Position numbers and translations under genes: made by a program. The notes below the pieces were generated by a model. The model did no database searches. It saw only the letters and a list, made by a program, of their open reading frames with translations, and was not told the origin of the DNA. This document shows, in pieces, positions 37,299 through 49,998 of a DNA stretch of 64,000 nucleotides. The stretch spans positions 7,700,149-7,764,148 of the forward strand of contig BDGG01000001.1 of the NCBI GenBank assembly GCA_001949185.1, given 5' to 3'. The DNA is from Ramazzottius varieornatus. Taxonomy: Eukaryota > Animalia > Tardigrada. Numbering within the stretch: the first letter of the stretch is position 1; every line of letters starts with the position of its first letter.

Positions 37299-40175
37299 CT
37301 ACTTTGTCAAATTGGCCATCAGCAAATTATTCATCGTGGTAAACAAAGTGAGAAATTCTGGCCTCAGAGTTTTCTGGGCTTTCGACACGAGCTTCCCGGA
37401 AGCCAGTGGGTCTCCACCTTCGTAAGTCAGTTCAGTCCGGATATATTCGATCCAAAGGTCTACAAACCCAAAAGACGAGTTGGACGACCGAGCTCGACCA
37501 ACACTCGACAGGAGTTTCCACTTACCGACGCTATCTTTTCCAACGAATGAGAGCGCATCGTCAAACATCTTCCTCAGCGAAGCAATCGGCGCGCTGTTCT
37601 TCTTCTCTTGAGCAATCGCAAATTTAACCAACGACTCTGAGAAAGCACCTGGAATATCCCGAACTGTTTTGTAGATTTTCCTTCCACTGCTCAAGTCAGT
37701 GCTGTACGCCCATGTGACGTACTGCAGAGCAACCTGGCTTCTGATTGCCATGGACTGCTGCATGGCTTCCCTGAAAACCTCTTCGACTTTGGAAGGCTGA
37801 AAGTGAATGGTCCAGTCAAGTAACTGTTTCCACACTCCCGGATCCTGAGAATAAGAAGTTGCTTAAAATTTAAAAACACCTGGGAGCTCGGCAAACAACC
37901 CGAAAAGATTATCTTCCGAAGTGGCGCACGCACTCGATGTTATTGGCTGAAAGCGTGCACCACTTGGGAAACGATATTGTCGAGTTTGGCTGCCTCACTT
38001 GGGGAACAGATTAGTTTAGTTTATCGAATTCATGATCGTACGTTTCTCGGAAGTTTCTTTCTGGCAGCGTTGATCAGCTCTGTGATGGTACCCGACTGGT
38101 CACCGGCTAGGCTGGAAAAGGCAACGATGAGCTTCATGTACGCTTCGAGCTCGTCAGGACAAACGCTCGCGGCTTTCTTCAAGACGGCTTCGGCTTCTTT
38201 GGTCCTTCTTCTATCATTAAGTAAGCTTGCCTACGAAGCAAAACAATTCGTAGAGTATCAACAGTTATATCGCGAACGTGTAACTGAAAGAGGGAAGTAT
38301 CAAGATATTACCCAGGAAATGTAATGGCGAAATTGAACGAAACCCTTCGTTTCAGCTTGCTCAAACACCTCGAAGGCCTTTATAGAACGTTTTCTGGAGA
38401 GCTCCAGCCATTCGGGATGTAAAGTGAACTGCTGGCGTCCGAAAAGCTCGGACAAGAAATCCATGTAAGCGTGCCACATTGACTCTGTAACATGTAACCA
38501 ACAAACAAATCAAAAATCGAACCATTGCGTTTTCCGTTTTTTCCCCGGAATATTTTCAAAATTTCCAGTGCGAGAATTTTTGAAGTTCCTCCATTCAATA
38601 ATTCATCAACATACCCGACGGAAGGCGTTCGACTGCGGAGTTCATAATTTGGAAAGCTTCCTCCTCCGCTTTGATCATCTCATATTCAGTCGGTTCATCA
38701 AGTCCCACCAAAACCAGCGCTGCTCGCCGCTTCCAGTACTCCGGTGTATCACCGTACTTCTCCTCCATCTTTGACAGTATGAAGTTAGCCAGGGGTTTCC
38801 AGAAACCTTCGGGAAGCTTGTCTTGCTTCCGCGCCCGCAGCACGCACTCGTACAGACTTCCGGCAAAGTCCACACTGTCGATATTCTTGATGGCGTTCTC
38901 CGCCACGGCCATGCATACCTTGCCACCGGTGATCGGATCATCATCTTTGACCAGATGTGAAGCATCGATACCTAGGATGTCACCGCGTTGGAAGACTTTG
39001 GTCGCGATGGACAACTCGACGGACAAGTGCTACAAGAGAGGAAATCAAACATAGCTGTGACGTTGATAGACCGTACGGTCCAATGTTTAAGCATACCCAA
39101 CCGTACACAACACGGACAAATTAGCTGTACGGCCCGCCATCTGACTGTAACTGAAAATTAATGGAGAATAATGCAGAATATTCTTACATGTAACCAAAGT
39201 TCGTGGTTCTTCGGATGCCATCGTAAAGCCTTCAGGCACAGATCTCTCGCACTGTCTGGTGATCCGTTTTCACTCAGCTCGAAGTCCGAAGCTTCGATCC
39301 ATATTTCTGTAAATACATATTGGAACAGCGTGTGATAAGTTTAGCCAAACCGCCAGACTGTCCCAAAATTAGTCCGAAGATTGGAACTACTGAACCTAAC
39401 TTCGAAAATTATTTCTGGTGGTAGATGGATTCGTTCGCATCCCTACCGAATCTAGAATATGGTTCTACCTGGCTTGTCAGAGTGAAGTTGAAGCATGCGA
39501 GTATAGACTTGACTGGCAGCTGGATTCCATCGGAGCAACTTGCATAGCTGAATATGCGTTCTCCATACCTCCATGTCGTTCGGATATTTCGTTTCCGCTC
39601 TCTGCGAAAATCAGACAGTCAATCGCCTGAGGAGGGTTTATAAAGCCAGATAGTTAGCCTCACACCTACCATTAGTCGGAGCTGACATCGTTTGCCAATC
39701 GAGCCCTCGATCTCGTTGAATTTATAATCGTATCCGAGACGCTACAATTAAATGAGACATAATCAAATCGTTGCGCCCCTTCCATGATTCTCTATCGAGC
39801 TACTCACTTTTCGCCGCAGTTTCGTGAGTTCCAGTAAGCTCATTTCGTACTACAAAGACACAGAATATCAGACGACGCCTCTGGAATCAAACTCACTTCC
39901 GGTCGTTTCCGGCGAGGTTACCTTTACGTATTTCAAGTGATCTTCCACAGACTTTTCGTATCGCTGTACGTTGTATTCCAGTTTCTGACGCTTCGCGACG
40001 ATCGACCTGCAAACGGGAATCGGTTAGTGCAGTGGCTAATGTCGAGAAACGAGAAAGGATCAGAGATTATCGACTTATAGTACTTTAATTCGTCGCTCGT
40101 AAACAGTCCAGCGTGAACCATCTGCTCCAGCTCTCCCAGACCGCGCTCCAGTCGCCGATCCACAAACTCAGCCAT
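37299..40175 (-). CDS. UTP6: U3 snoRNA-associated protein 6 (HAT repeats)
   Basis: MAEFVDRRLERGLGELEQM..GLFTSDELK|SIVAKRQKLEY N-terminus; HAT-like DLWIEYIRTEL near the C-terminus. Confidence 0.88.
37881..37995. repeat. Intronic palindromic element (UTP6)
   Basis: Core 37919-37965, spacer 25 bp. Confidence 0.9.
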
Positions 40176-40537
40176 CCTCAGAGAGGAAGCACGTTGACCT
40201 GTGCAAGACCACCACGTCCAGACTCGGGACAAAATTGGACTGTTTGAAGCTGAAAATAGTGAAAAAGAATCGGAGCGGAAGTCTGAAGATTTTTTCCAAT
40301 GGAATCACGTTGAAGAGTTTGCGATAGCTCAGATTGTGATTGCGCAATCAGACAATAGCCATTTGATTGACAGTTTGACGGATACTGTAGCAATGGGAAA
40401 ACTGGGCTGTGAAGTGTTCAGTTCACAAATTGACATTGAAGAAGTTCAGTCGTGGATTGTAACCAGGACTAGCCCACGGTCGGACAAAGTGGGAAGTTTC
40501 AGGTCCTGAGCTCCCAGCATCAATGTTGACCACAAGT

Positions 40538-42076
40538 TTATTCATGTTCGGCTTGTTGATTATTTAGTAACAGCCGCGGATCCTGACACTTGTCAAGTAA
40601 TCGGTGCACCATCAGGAAATTCTGCTTCTGCATATACGAATGGTAATCTAAGGAAGTTAATATCGAGTAAAATTGCGTATACAATATTCTCTCTTCTAAC
40701 TGTATGTGACCAAGGTCTTCCATATGGGGGTTAAAATGTAAAATAGGACGACCTTGCGGCCATTCTGTTGAAGGACCGGTGGGACCTTCGACGGCTTCCT
40801 GCTCAGCCTGCTCATTCTCGAAGGCAATTATTTCCGGGTCAGCTGCAGCTTTAGCTTCCGACTTCTTCAGCTGACTTTGAAAGGTATCTACCAAGACGGC
40901 CATGAATAGGTTAAGGAAGATGAAATATTCGACGAGAGTGTACGCAATGGCAAAGATAATAAAGTGCCAGTAGGATGGGTTGGTCTTTGTCACGTCGTCG
41001 TACATGTAAAACCAATCGTCGAAAGTCAACAACTACAAACAGGAAATCAAAATAAATTGTCTCGTCATATGACATTCCAATTTTCATTTCCGGTGTACTT
41101 ACCTGAAAAAGAGTGGTGACTGAGGTGAAGAGGTCGCCGAAGTAGCGGTGTGAGGCGTCGGCGTACAGTTGTCTTCCCATTACGGCAAACATGTACATGA
41201 ATAACAACATAAGGAACAGTACGACCATCATGGAAGACATGGACTGAACCAACGTGGTTACCAGCACTTGAAGGCTGTGCAGTATTGTTATTGTTCTGCA
41301 AGGAAAACATCGCGAAGGGTTCAGTGGTAAATTCAACCGCATAATCTATGGAAGCTCGGCAAACCAGAGCGACCAGAATGCTTCTAAGTGGCGGACGTTA
41401 CCGGCCAGTAGAACAGAAGGATTGCGCCACTTGGGAAAACAATCTAGTTGAGTTTGTGTGCCGAGCTCCCGATATTGTAAGCGTACTCGTACCTTAGCAT
41501 TCGAAGTGCTCTTAAAGCTCGCATGGCGCGGAATATCCGAATAATTCTCATGAAGGAGGACCCGCCGCCGGAAATAGAGGACAAGAAAAACTGTACAATG
41601 AAGTCCAACATCGAAGTTAGAAGGATGAAAAAGTCAAGTAGATTCCAGCCGCTCTTGAAATAGGCAAAACCAAGAGCGGTGATTTTGATCAAAGCTTCCG
41701 CCATGTATATGCCGAGGAAGAATGAATCAAGTACGGCGAAACCGTATGTAAACCTTGCCGCATATTCTGGGAAAGTCAGGAGGATAAGTGCGATTGTGTT
41801 GAAGAGGACTGCCGTAAGCACGATGATGGAAAATATGCGATTATTTATCAACTACAACCAGAAAAAAACAGCTTATTGCACCAAATCTAAAGCCAGAAGT
41901 TCAGAACCATGGAGAATACGCACCGATAATAACGCATCGAAAAATACATCGGTCGTTGATTTCGAAATCTCTATCGCAAGCTCGTCTTCGTCGTCTTCAG
42001 TACTCCCTACCGGAGCAGCGATGTCGCCCAGTACACGTTCATAAGCCATCGGTCGGTAAACGTCGACAGCCGACAT
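40538..42076 (-). CDS. CATSPER1: CatSper alpha subunit, CatSper1-like (exons 42076-41924, 41851-41493, 41295-41103, 41032-40538; 399 aa)
   Basis: Single 6-TM domain: YFKSGWNLLDFFI, S4 RIIRIFRAMRALRALRMLR, pore LFQLLTFDDW, S6 YFIFLNLFMAVLVDTFQ and a C-terminal helix. Exon phases sum to 1200 nt. Confidence 0.85.
41349..41470. repeat. Intronic palindromic element (CatSper intron 2)
   Basis: TGGAAGCTCGGCAAAC..AAGTGGCGGAC-N25-TTGCGCCACTT..GCCGAGCTCCC. Confidence 0.88.
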
Positions 42077-42304
42077 TTTCCTCGTAGATAAATTCCCGTA
42101 GTTAAGAATCGAACGAAGTTAGCAAGTGCGCAATGTTCGCTGTGGTGTTTGGTCTTTCGCTGGTTTTATTGTTATCGTCGACATCGAATTCCTGAAGGTC
42201 ACCATGACTACTTTTACCATTTTTCCATCGGGCAAGAAGCTAACTATCTCATGAGCAGGAAAGAGTCAAAAGGCTATGATTATGCTCTACCGGAGTGTTT
42301 CGGT

Positions 42305-44171
42305 CTAGTTAGGGTTAGGGTGAATCTTGACTTCATGGGCGGCATACGGATGCGAAGGCGCCACCATCATGACCGTCGGCGCTGCGTGTCCAGCGTAGTA
42401 GCCACCACGGGGTCCTTCAAACGTCCCGTATCCAGACGGAAGCGCCGTCGGCGTTGTCGACACCCTCTGGTACATGACATAACCCCTTCGACGAGCACAC
42501 CAGAAGCACACCGCTGTCGGGACGAAGACAACAGCCAAAACCAGTAAGGTCGTGTACAGCATGGTATACAGAGTCCTACGGTGCTTTGGATACCAATGAT
42601 GATGGGTGTGTTCGTGCTTACTGTCACCGTCGACGACTACGCTCATTCGGCGTTTACTCTTCAGAGGCACCACGCGCCAAGGCTTCTGTGGTTCTGGGTC
42701 GTCGTCAACTTCCGGTACATCGGGTTCATCGACGACGACTTGAGTTACTTTCACCGCCGGATCGGTTACAGGCTCCTCGATCTCGGGACCTTCTGGCAAG
42801 TCTGGTACATCTGGTTTATCTGGAATATCAGGCTTGTCTTTTTTGTCAGGTTTATCGGGAATGTCGGGCAAGTCAGTTTGTTTCGTATGCTTGTGAGGTT
42901 TCTTGGTGGTAGTTTTATCGTCGACACTGTCAGGTAAGACATCGGCCCACAGAAGGTCAGGGTTGGCTCGAAGTTCAGCGTGTTCCGGGCTGCGGTTCTC
43001 ATCAATGTCATCTTGGTCTTGCTGAGGCTGTTGACCATTGTTGTTGCACGGAACGAAGCGCGGGTTGACTGGGAAGGGAATCCAAGCTGGGGGTGTCCAG
43101 CAGTTGTTGCGTGAAGGGTTGACGTTGGGTTGGTTATGGTGGCCGTGATCGTGGTGGCGGTGGTTACCGTGGTTGGGGATGTACTTGCTGTCAGCGCCCT
43201 CTGGAATCCATTGGTCTGTAGGTTAAAGGAGAAATGTTGTGATTGGGAAGTGACCACACAAGCAGGGTTAATTGTCGCGTGACAGAATTGTGGATGATAA
43301 GCAATCGACTGGATACAGTACCTTTGCATCGCCTGAAAGTGTGGTAGTTGAAGGCGGATGGAGCCTGCCCTGGAATGTAGGACTGCCACTGGAAATGGTC
43401 GGGACATGTGACGCGCGAGTCGTTGGCGCACAGTACTATCCGGGGAACGTAGCCTTGTAGCGACGGGCAGAAGTAATCGTCGTAGACATGGCTTTTGTCT
43501 GAAACGAGAGATAGAAAATACCGTAGCAAAACAGCCAGGACACTTTCCGCTATACGTAGCTCTTCGGTGCTAGCCGGGCCAACTAAATACGGAATGTACA
43601 ACTCAAGTGCACAATCGGCAGCGTAAAAACCTTAATTGTTTGCCGTCTTTTTGAATCGAGATTTTGACATACGTAGTTGGATAAGTGTGAAGTCCAGGAC
43701 GATGTCTTTGGTCGAAGCGGAGCTGACCCATTTGTTGTTGCATTGTCCTTCACGGCTATATTCGATGCGGATCGAGTCTTGCTTGGAGAAAAACTGGCTG
43801 ACGGACTCGGCTTGGGTTCCCGTCGAGATGTTGGCCACATGATGGCCGTAGAACATACGGCCGAAGCGTTGGCCGTACATGGAGTCGTAGATGGACACAT
43901 AGTCGTTGTCTCCCAAATGGAGCTTCCTATTCGGAGGAATACTTGGATAGTAGAATGTCTTGGTGGACTTGTCTGTCTTCCCTTCCCTACCTGACGTTGA
44001 TGTAGAAGCGGAAGTAGCCACGACACCTCGGTCCGTATTTGACTTTTAGATTGACGTGCAAGTCATTGTCCGGGCAGCCGGAGTGTCCTGGAGGACTCAG
44101 TCGAAGAGTCCCCGACCGGATCTCGGCACAATCAAGGACGATAGTCTGACCTTGATGGGATGTCAGATAAA
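42305..44171 (-). CDS. Single-pass membrane protein with CUB-like and Cys-containing domains, His-rich segment and PDxPDK repeats; first exon not identified
   Basis: Spliced: RFYINVR|KLHLGDNDYVSIYD..DSIRIEY..LDFTLI|..YFCPSLQGYVPRIVLC..TCP|DQWIP..HGNHRHHDHGHH..PDIPDKPDKKDKPDIPDKPD..TM LYTTLLVLAVVFVPTAVCFWC-ARRR. Confidence 0.7.
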
Positions 44172-45124
44172 CTGAAAAAGGATGGTTTCATTTGGGGTTG
44201 TGTGTAATTCATCGCGAGTGAATTGATTAAAAGATGGCTACTTACTGTCTTCTTCGGAATGTCCGATTCCAAAAGCGTTTGCGCAAAACGGACACAAGAC
44301 TGCTGCTGAGATTAATAACAACAAAATATAGTCCATTTTCCTTCAGTAAAAAAATTAAGCAACCATTGGAAAAGCGTAGGCTTTCTTTCACTAAAAGAAT
44401 TGACGGGTGGTTTCAACGCATCGAAATTAAAACCAATTTTGTCAGAATGCAATCGGTGATTTTCAAACAGCGATTTCTGTCCGCAGCCAACTGGTTTCCC
44501 GATAAAATATGACTAAATAGATATTTTGGTCATACCGAAAAGTATGAAACACTGGTAATTCCATATTGTGAGAACTGCAGAAATGTGAACGACGTACTTG
44601 AATTGATCAAGTCCACCCTAGAAATCATCGAATCTTATCGAATGTCACTGACATTCCACGATTAGATGCCCCGTTCACCAACTTTTGTTGGAGAGGGTTG
44701 TTTTCCCCAAGGGACGGACAGTCTGACCATGCTCGGCTATTCCAAACGTGCAGGATGGTCAACCTTCCATTCTCGAACCAGGAAGTAGTGCTCTTTCCTA
44801 TATCAATCTGCCGGACTGAGTGTCAGGCTAACCAGCGAGTTCCGCGGTGACGACATGAGCCCGAGCTTGTAACGTCATCGCGGACTGACAAATTATCTGC
44901 GTGCGAGAGGGAGCCACCAGCTGTATCCAAGTGACGACCACGGCTACGAAGTGCTTAGCTTGCATGGTAAATCGCGCGGGAAATGAATAGACGGTTTCCG
45001 ATGTTGATTATCGCGCTATCCAAATAAGCCAAACTTCTGTATACTACATGAAAAACCAGCCATCAAATCTTTCGTAGATGGCCGACGTAAATTTGCGATA
45101 CTACTGACTACCCAGCGACACCCC

Positions 45125-45658
45125 ATGTTGAGCCGATGGTGGCCCTCATTCATATCACTGCTTTCCTTAGTGCTGGTATTTCTGGCGGTGAGAGATGTCT
45201 CCACTCTAACTTGTTACTCCTGCGCTATGGCTTCCACTGACTGTCTCCACCAAAACGAGACCGAACGAGCCAAGGACAAGACGACTGAATGCCACGGTTC
45301 CTGCTATAAAACCTCACAAACATGTCAGTGTAATGTACGATACGAAGCTCTATTCCTATACGACGTGACAATCTAGAAAGAACGACGTACAATATACGGG
45401 CCATACAGTTCTTCATGTGTTTCAGTGCACGGAAAGACGCGGCATGGTCGGGGTTGCGAACCCGCTGTTACGGCAAAGAACAGTTGCGAGCATCAGTCCA
45501 GTTCTTTAAACGGCGTGCTCGCCACTACCAACAAATGTCTCTGCTCTGTTGACCGCTGTAACTCTGCTTTGAAGCATCGAACATACACATTGCTTTGGCT
45601 AACTCTTTTGAGTCTTTTCTCATCTTCAACGTGTATCGTTGTCCGAATAAATATGTAA
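45125..45658 (+). CDS. Ly6/three-finger (quiver/sleepless-like) GPI-anchored protein, 2 exons
   Basis: Signal peptide, LTCYSC..C..C..SCYK|..RGC..C..CLCSVDRCN, hydrophobic C-terminus. Confidence 0.85.
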
Positions 45659-46036
45659 AATTTCCACAAGATCGCTTGTGGTGGCACACAGTGACAGAAG
45701 TACCTGCATGCTGATGCTCATGCAACTAATATGGATAAAAATTAATAGGTAACTCACAGATGTGCCAAAAAAAAACATTCAACTTATTACAACGCGAACG
45801 GAGAGCTTTATATGCACGACCTCTCAAAGCTCTGGACCTGTTATAGCGACTCTCAGTTGGAAGATAGCCATGCTGAAGGTCCTTCCGACCTTCAAGTCTG
45901 TTGGCTTGTGTAATCGGGCGCATGCAGACGGGATAAAATCCGCCTTGTCCACCATCCGGTTGAGCAAGATCGCAACGCTAGCGTAGATGAGCGTTTGGAT
46001 CTTCGAGCTGATCGTTGCGTAGTACTATATAGGTTA

Positions 46037-46751
46037 CACGCACGACGGGTTTATGGGGCCAGTAAAAATTANNNNNNNNNNNNNNNNNNNNNNNNNNNNN
46101 NNNNNNNNNNNNNNNNNNNNNNNNNNNNNNNNNNNNNNNNNNNNNNNNNNNNNNNNNNNNNNNNNNNNNNNNNNNNNNNNNNNNNNNNNNNNNNNNNNNN
46201 NNNNNNNNNNNNNNNNNNNNNNNNNNNNNNNNNNNNNNNNNNNNNNNNNNNNNNNNNNNNNNNNNNNNNNNNNNNNNNNNNNNNNNNNNNNNNNNNNNNN
46301 NNNNNNNNNNNNNNNNNNNNNNNNNNNNNNNNNNNNNNNNNNNNNNNNNNNNNNNNNNNNNNNNNNNNNNNNNNNNNNNNNNNNNNNNNNNNNNNNNNNN
46401 NNNNNNNNNNNNNNNNNNNNNNNNNNNNNNNNNNNNNNNNNNNNNNNNNNNNNNNNNNNNNNNNNNNNNNNNNNNNNNNNNNNNNNNNNNNNNNNNNNNN
46501 NNNNNNNNNNNNNNNNNNNNNNNNNNNNNNNNNNNNNNNNNNNNNNNNNNNNNNNNNNNNNNNNNNNNNNNNNNNNNNNNNNNNNNNNNNNNNNNNNNNN
46601 NNNNNNNNNNNNNNNNNNNNNNNNNNNNNNNNNNNNNNNNNNNNNNNNNNNNNNNNNNNNNNNNNNNNNNNNNNNNNNNNNNNNNNNNNNNNNNNNNNNN
46701 NNNNNNNNNNNNNNNNNNNNNNNNNNNNNNNNNNNNNNNNCGTCGTGCGTG
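46037..46751. mobile_element. Probable TA-flanked TIR element (MITE) spanning the gap
   Basis: TA|CACGCACGACG at 46035-46047 and its exact reverse complement CGTCGTGCGTG|TA at 46741-46753. Confidence 0.55.
46072..46740. other. Assembly gap (N run)
   Basis: Continuous n characters. Confidence 1.
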
Positions 46752-46884
46752 TACGTGTCGGTATATGTGTGACCGTAGAAATGTGATAGATAACGTCCCA
46801 GATAGGTACAATCCAGTTTGTCGATATGGTATGAACCACACTAAATTAGGCATCTGAGGAAGTTAATAATATTACAGGAGGCTG

Positions 46885-46992
46885 GTGAAGAAACTCAACA
46901 AGACTGATTTCTCTAAGTAGCGCAGGCTTTCAGCATTGTCGGCTGTAAGTGTGCGCCACATGAAAGGAGAGTTTTGTTTGGTTTGTTGGCCT
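46885..46992. repeat. Palindromic element (host context uncertain)
   Basis: AAGTAGCGCAG-N25-GTGCGCCACAT. Confidence 0.75.
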
Positions 46993-47084
46993 CGATTTCC
47001 ACAGAATAGGAATCAGCAGGAAAAACAGCAACAACGAACTATGTGCAAATTTCAACTTCATGTATGTACCAATGGAAGGAGACT

Positions 47085-47600
47085 TTATTCGGGACCTGAC
47101 GTTTTGTTGAAGGAGTTGGCAGGAGGAATGAGCTTGACCTGTTTCTGTTCGACGCTGGTCAGCTTCGGTGTTCGTGTGCCCAACTTCTCTGCGCTGGAGC
47201 TGTCGTCCCCCTTCCTCTCGAATTTGAGCTTGGTTTCCCGTTCCAGCGTCACCTTGACGTTCTTGCCATCCAGGATCTGTCGAAGCACCTCTCCAGGGAA
47301 CATAGACTCGAAGCGTTCCATGGCGGTCATCCCTAAATCGGTCAGCATTTCCGCCGAGCTGGTCTTGTGGTCAAAGTCCGAGCCGAAGCGGTGGTGCGGG
47401 TGTTCGGTGATGCTGGCGTTGAGGTCGCGGAGACGATCTCGCTTAGAAGAGGCAGCCTTGCTCATGGGGGACGTGGCGTTGTCCACTCGAGGTTCGCGCA
47501 ACCATTCCTTGATGGCGTCCACATTCTCGTACACTTCCTTGACTTTGGCGCTCTCCAGCGCAACGACGAAGCCGAACAACAGGCACAATAGGATTTTCAT
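47085..47600 (-). CDS. Secreted protein of unknown function (possibly first exon of a longer gene)
   Basis: ATG-initiated 171-aa ORF with signal peptide MKILLCLLFGFVVALESA and coding-like codon usage. Confidence 0.6.
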   Translation of the reverse strand: MKILLCLLFGFVVALESAKVKEVYENVDAIKEWLREPRVDNATSPMSKAASSKRDRLRDLNASITEHPHHRFGSDFDHKTSSAEMLTDLGMTAMERFESMFPGEVLRQILDGKNVKVTLERETKLKFERKGDDSSSAEKLGTRTPKLTSVEQKQVKLIPPANSFNKTSGPE

Positions 47601-49998
47601 GATGGAGATTTAACGTAGCCTGTATTTTTTTCAACAAATATGTTCCAGTCAGTTTCGCAGGAATAGACTGATAAAAATTTGTCTCGTTGTCGACCCGCTA
47701 AATGTGAAAATCCAAGGTACAAGCATAGTGTACATGGTCAGAAAGCTCTGAGGCTGTGAGGAAGCTCTTCATTTGGTCAAGGTTGCTTGCGTTGAATTAC
47801 CGTATGGACGTCACAGCTATTGTCTTGCGAGCACAATTGACGCTCAGTGCTTCTCCTGATGAAGTTGCTCTTATTCATTGTTCAAGTTCAAAGAATTGCA
47901 AATTTGAAACTCTTCGACGAGGCCAGCATGAACGGTTTTCATTGAGATGGATGGTCACTGGGCGGCTCGGGCATCAGTGTCAGTTTGCTTCTGAAGTCCT
48001 TTTACAGATAGAAAAATGGGTCGAGTTGGTGTTTTGTTTTGGAGTCGTCAGCCATGAATATACTGAATTAAGTCGCCATCAGCGAATTTACGTGGCTCGT
48101 TGAAGTGTTGTGACAGTAACCTGGTTTTATTTTTACGAAACGCATCCAATTGATCCTTGAAGAATTTATCTGGTATATTGTATTACAACAGAAGTTTACC
48201 AAGAAGGATGGAATATCAACAACTCGTACGAAAATTAGTCGAACAGTTTGCGCTAGGTTTTCGCTAGGCCATTGCCTGGACGATACTCCAAGGTTCGGGC
48301 CAGGAATACGTCACCAGACTGCTGGTGACGCCTCCAGAGGTGTGGTGTGGACTTGAAAATTTTTCGAAGTCAAAAATTCGTTTCATTTCCGGGGGGAAAA
48401 AACGCTGGTCAAGTTGGTGAGTGCTTTCTGGCGCAGTTTTCCTCGAACTAGGTGTTATAACCCTTGGTCGGACTCATGGTCGGATTCGCGGTCAAGCCTG
48501 CCTCATCGCGTCTTTTTTCCGTTTTTAACGGTGAAACCCACTGATCGAGAAAACCTGGCGGCTAGGACCGCGTTCGACCAGCAGGCGCACGATACGTTTC
48601 AAGGCGGGGGATAACCGTTAGCACCAACCCGCGTGGGTTTTTGATCTTTGAGCCGCCAGGCTTGAGGCTAAGACTCTTGTCGCTCGAAAAGTCCTGTATC
48701 TAAGCAAGCTTCTAGGCTGGCCGGCAGGACTATCTTCGTACGAGGTCCAGCAATGAATCTTCAAAGCCGACGGTGTGTACTCCTAAGCATCTGCCAAAAT
48801 TTTTGCCACCAAGAGCGCAGTTGTACACCGCAGTGTCCACTAATCCAGTTCGGCACTGCGAGAAACCCAAACCAGCAGGCCACATCCCACCGTCGAGCTG
48901 ATTCATTTTGTTCCTTGAGTTTCTTTCCATGTGTGCCTGGTGCGGGTGCTACCGGCTGGCAAGAAAACCCACAACCCGAATCATAATACCGCTCCGACCC
49001 GCTGCCACGACAGTCAACCTGGAATTCGGTACAGAAGAGCCGAACAGTTATCGGCCGAACTTTCAGACGGAGTACATGCACCTTTGTTGCGTCGCGCACC
49101 AGCCAACAGATCCTTCTGACATCCTCGCGAAACCCTGTAACGACGAACAAGCTTTAGTTTCTCAGCAAAGAGCACCAGCTCCGAGTCATACGTTCGGGGT
49201 TCCAACATCCCAAACATGGGTTTCGACTTTCGTGAACATGTGCTCAATTTTGAAGCTTTAATAAACTCTTAGTTGCATAAGCGTCGACACATCCTCCATA
49301 CTTGTCGAGTTGTGATTGTGAATTGGCTCCGCGTCACTTGATGGCCTTCGGTCTCTATCAAGTGTCAACCGAAGTCTTCGCAAATCAAGCCGCGATCTCT
49401 GCCACTGGGCCATCATGGTGACCTCGTCTCCAGAGGAATCTTCATAATCGATCCAGGAACCCATAGTCCTTCTCGCAGACACGAAGTTAGAGTAGTCTAT
49501 ACTTGAAAGGACAGGAGGAAGTCGAAATATTTCTTCGTCTGTGCACTTGTACGGTGTACACATGAGCTGGCTCTGGCTTCACCGAACTGCTGTTGATGAA
49601 CAGAAAAGACTCCTTTGCGTTCGTGGTTCGCGATGTGCTAAGGCTAAGAATCTTGGGATGCCTCTGGGTTTCGCATTTTCGCCGGCGCTGGAGTGCTGGA
49701 ATAAAAACCCCGTGGCGGGAAAAAGATCGCCCAGGGTGAGCAAACATTTCCCCGGGTCGAATTTGCCGAATGTTGGTCAGTCCATTGATCGGCTCCAGTT
49801 GATTGGACAGGTGACGCGAATCACAAAAGAAAAATGGTTCTACAGTAGTTTCTCGTTCTGAAATTTGAATCCGATTCAGTGAATCGTTCATTCTCAGCAG
49901 TTTCTCCATTGCTCGAAATCACACATCCGTTCCAGTTGTCGGGAATCCCATACATTTCCCTGCCTGTTTCAGGATTGGGGAAAACCCTCTTGGCGGGA

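Noticed and set aside
42766-43431. Thr-rich mucin-like 221-aa ORF
   Set aside because: Alternative frame; splice phase and continuity to the TM segment favour the His/Pro-Asp frame
45978-46853. Long ORFs of X residues
   Set aside because: Artefacts of the N gap
48730-49909. ORF cluster upstream of RAD23, including 49258-49563 (-)
   Set aside because: No motif support; an orphan gene is possible but unsupported
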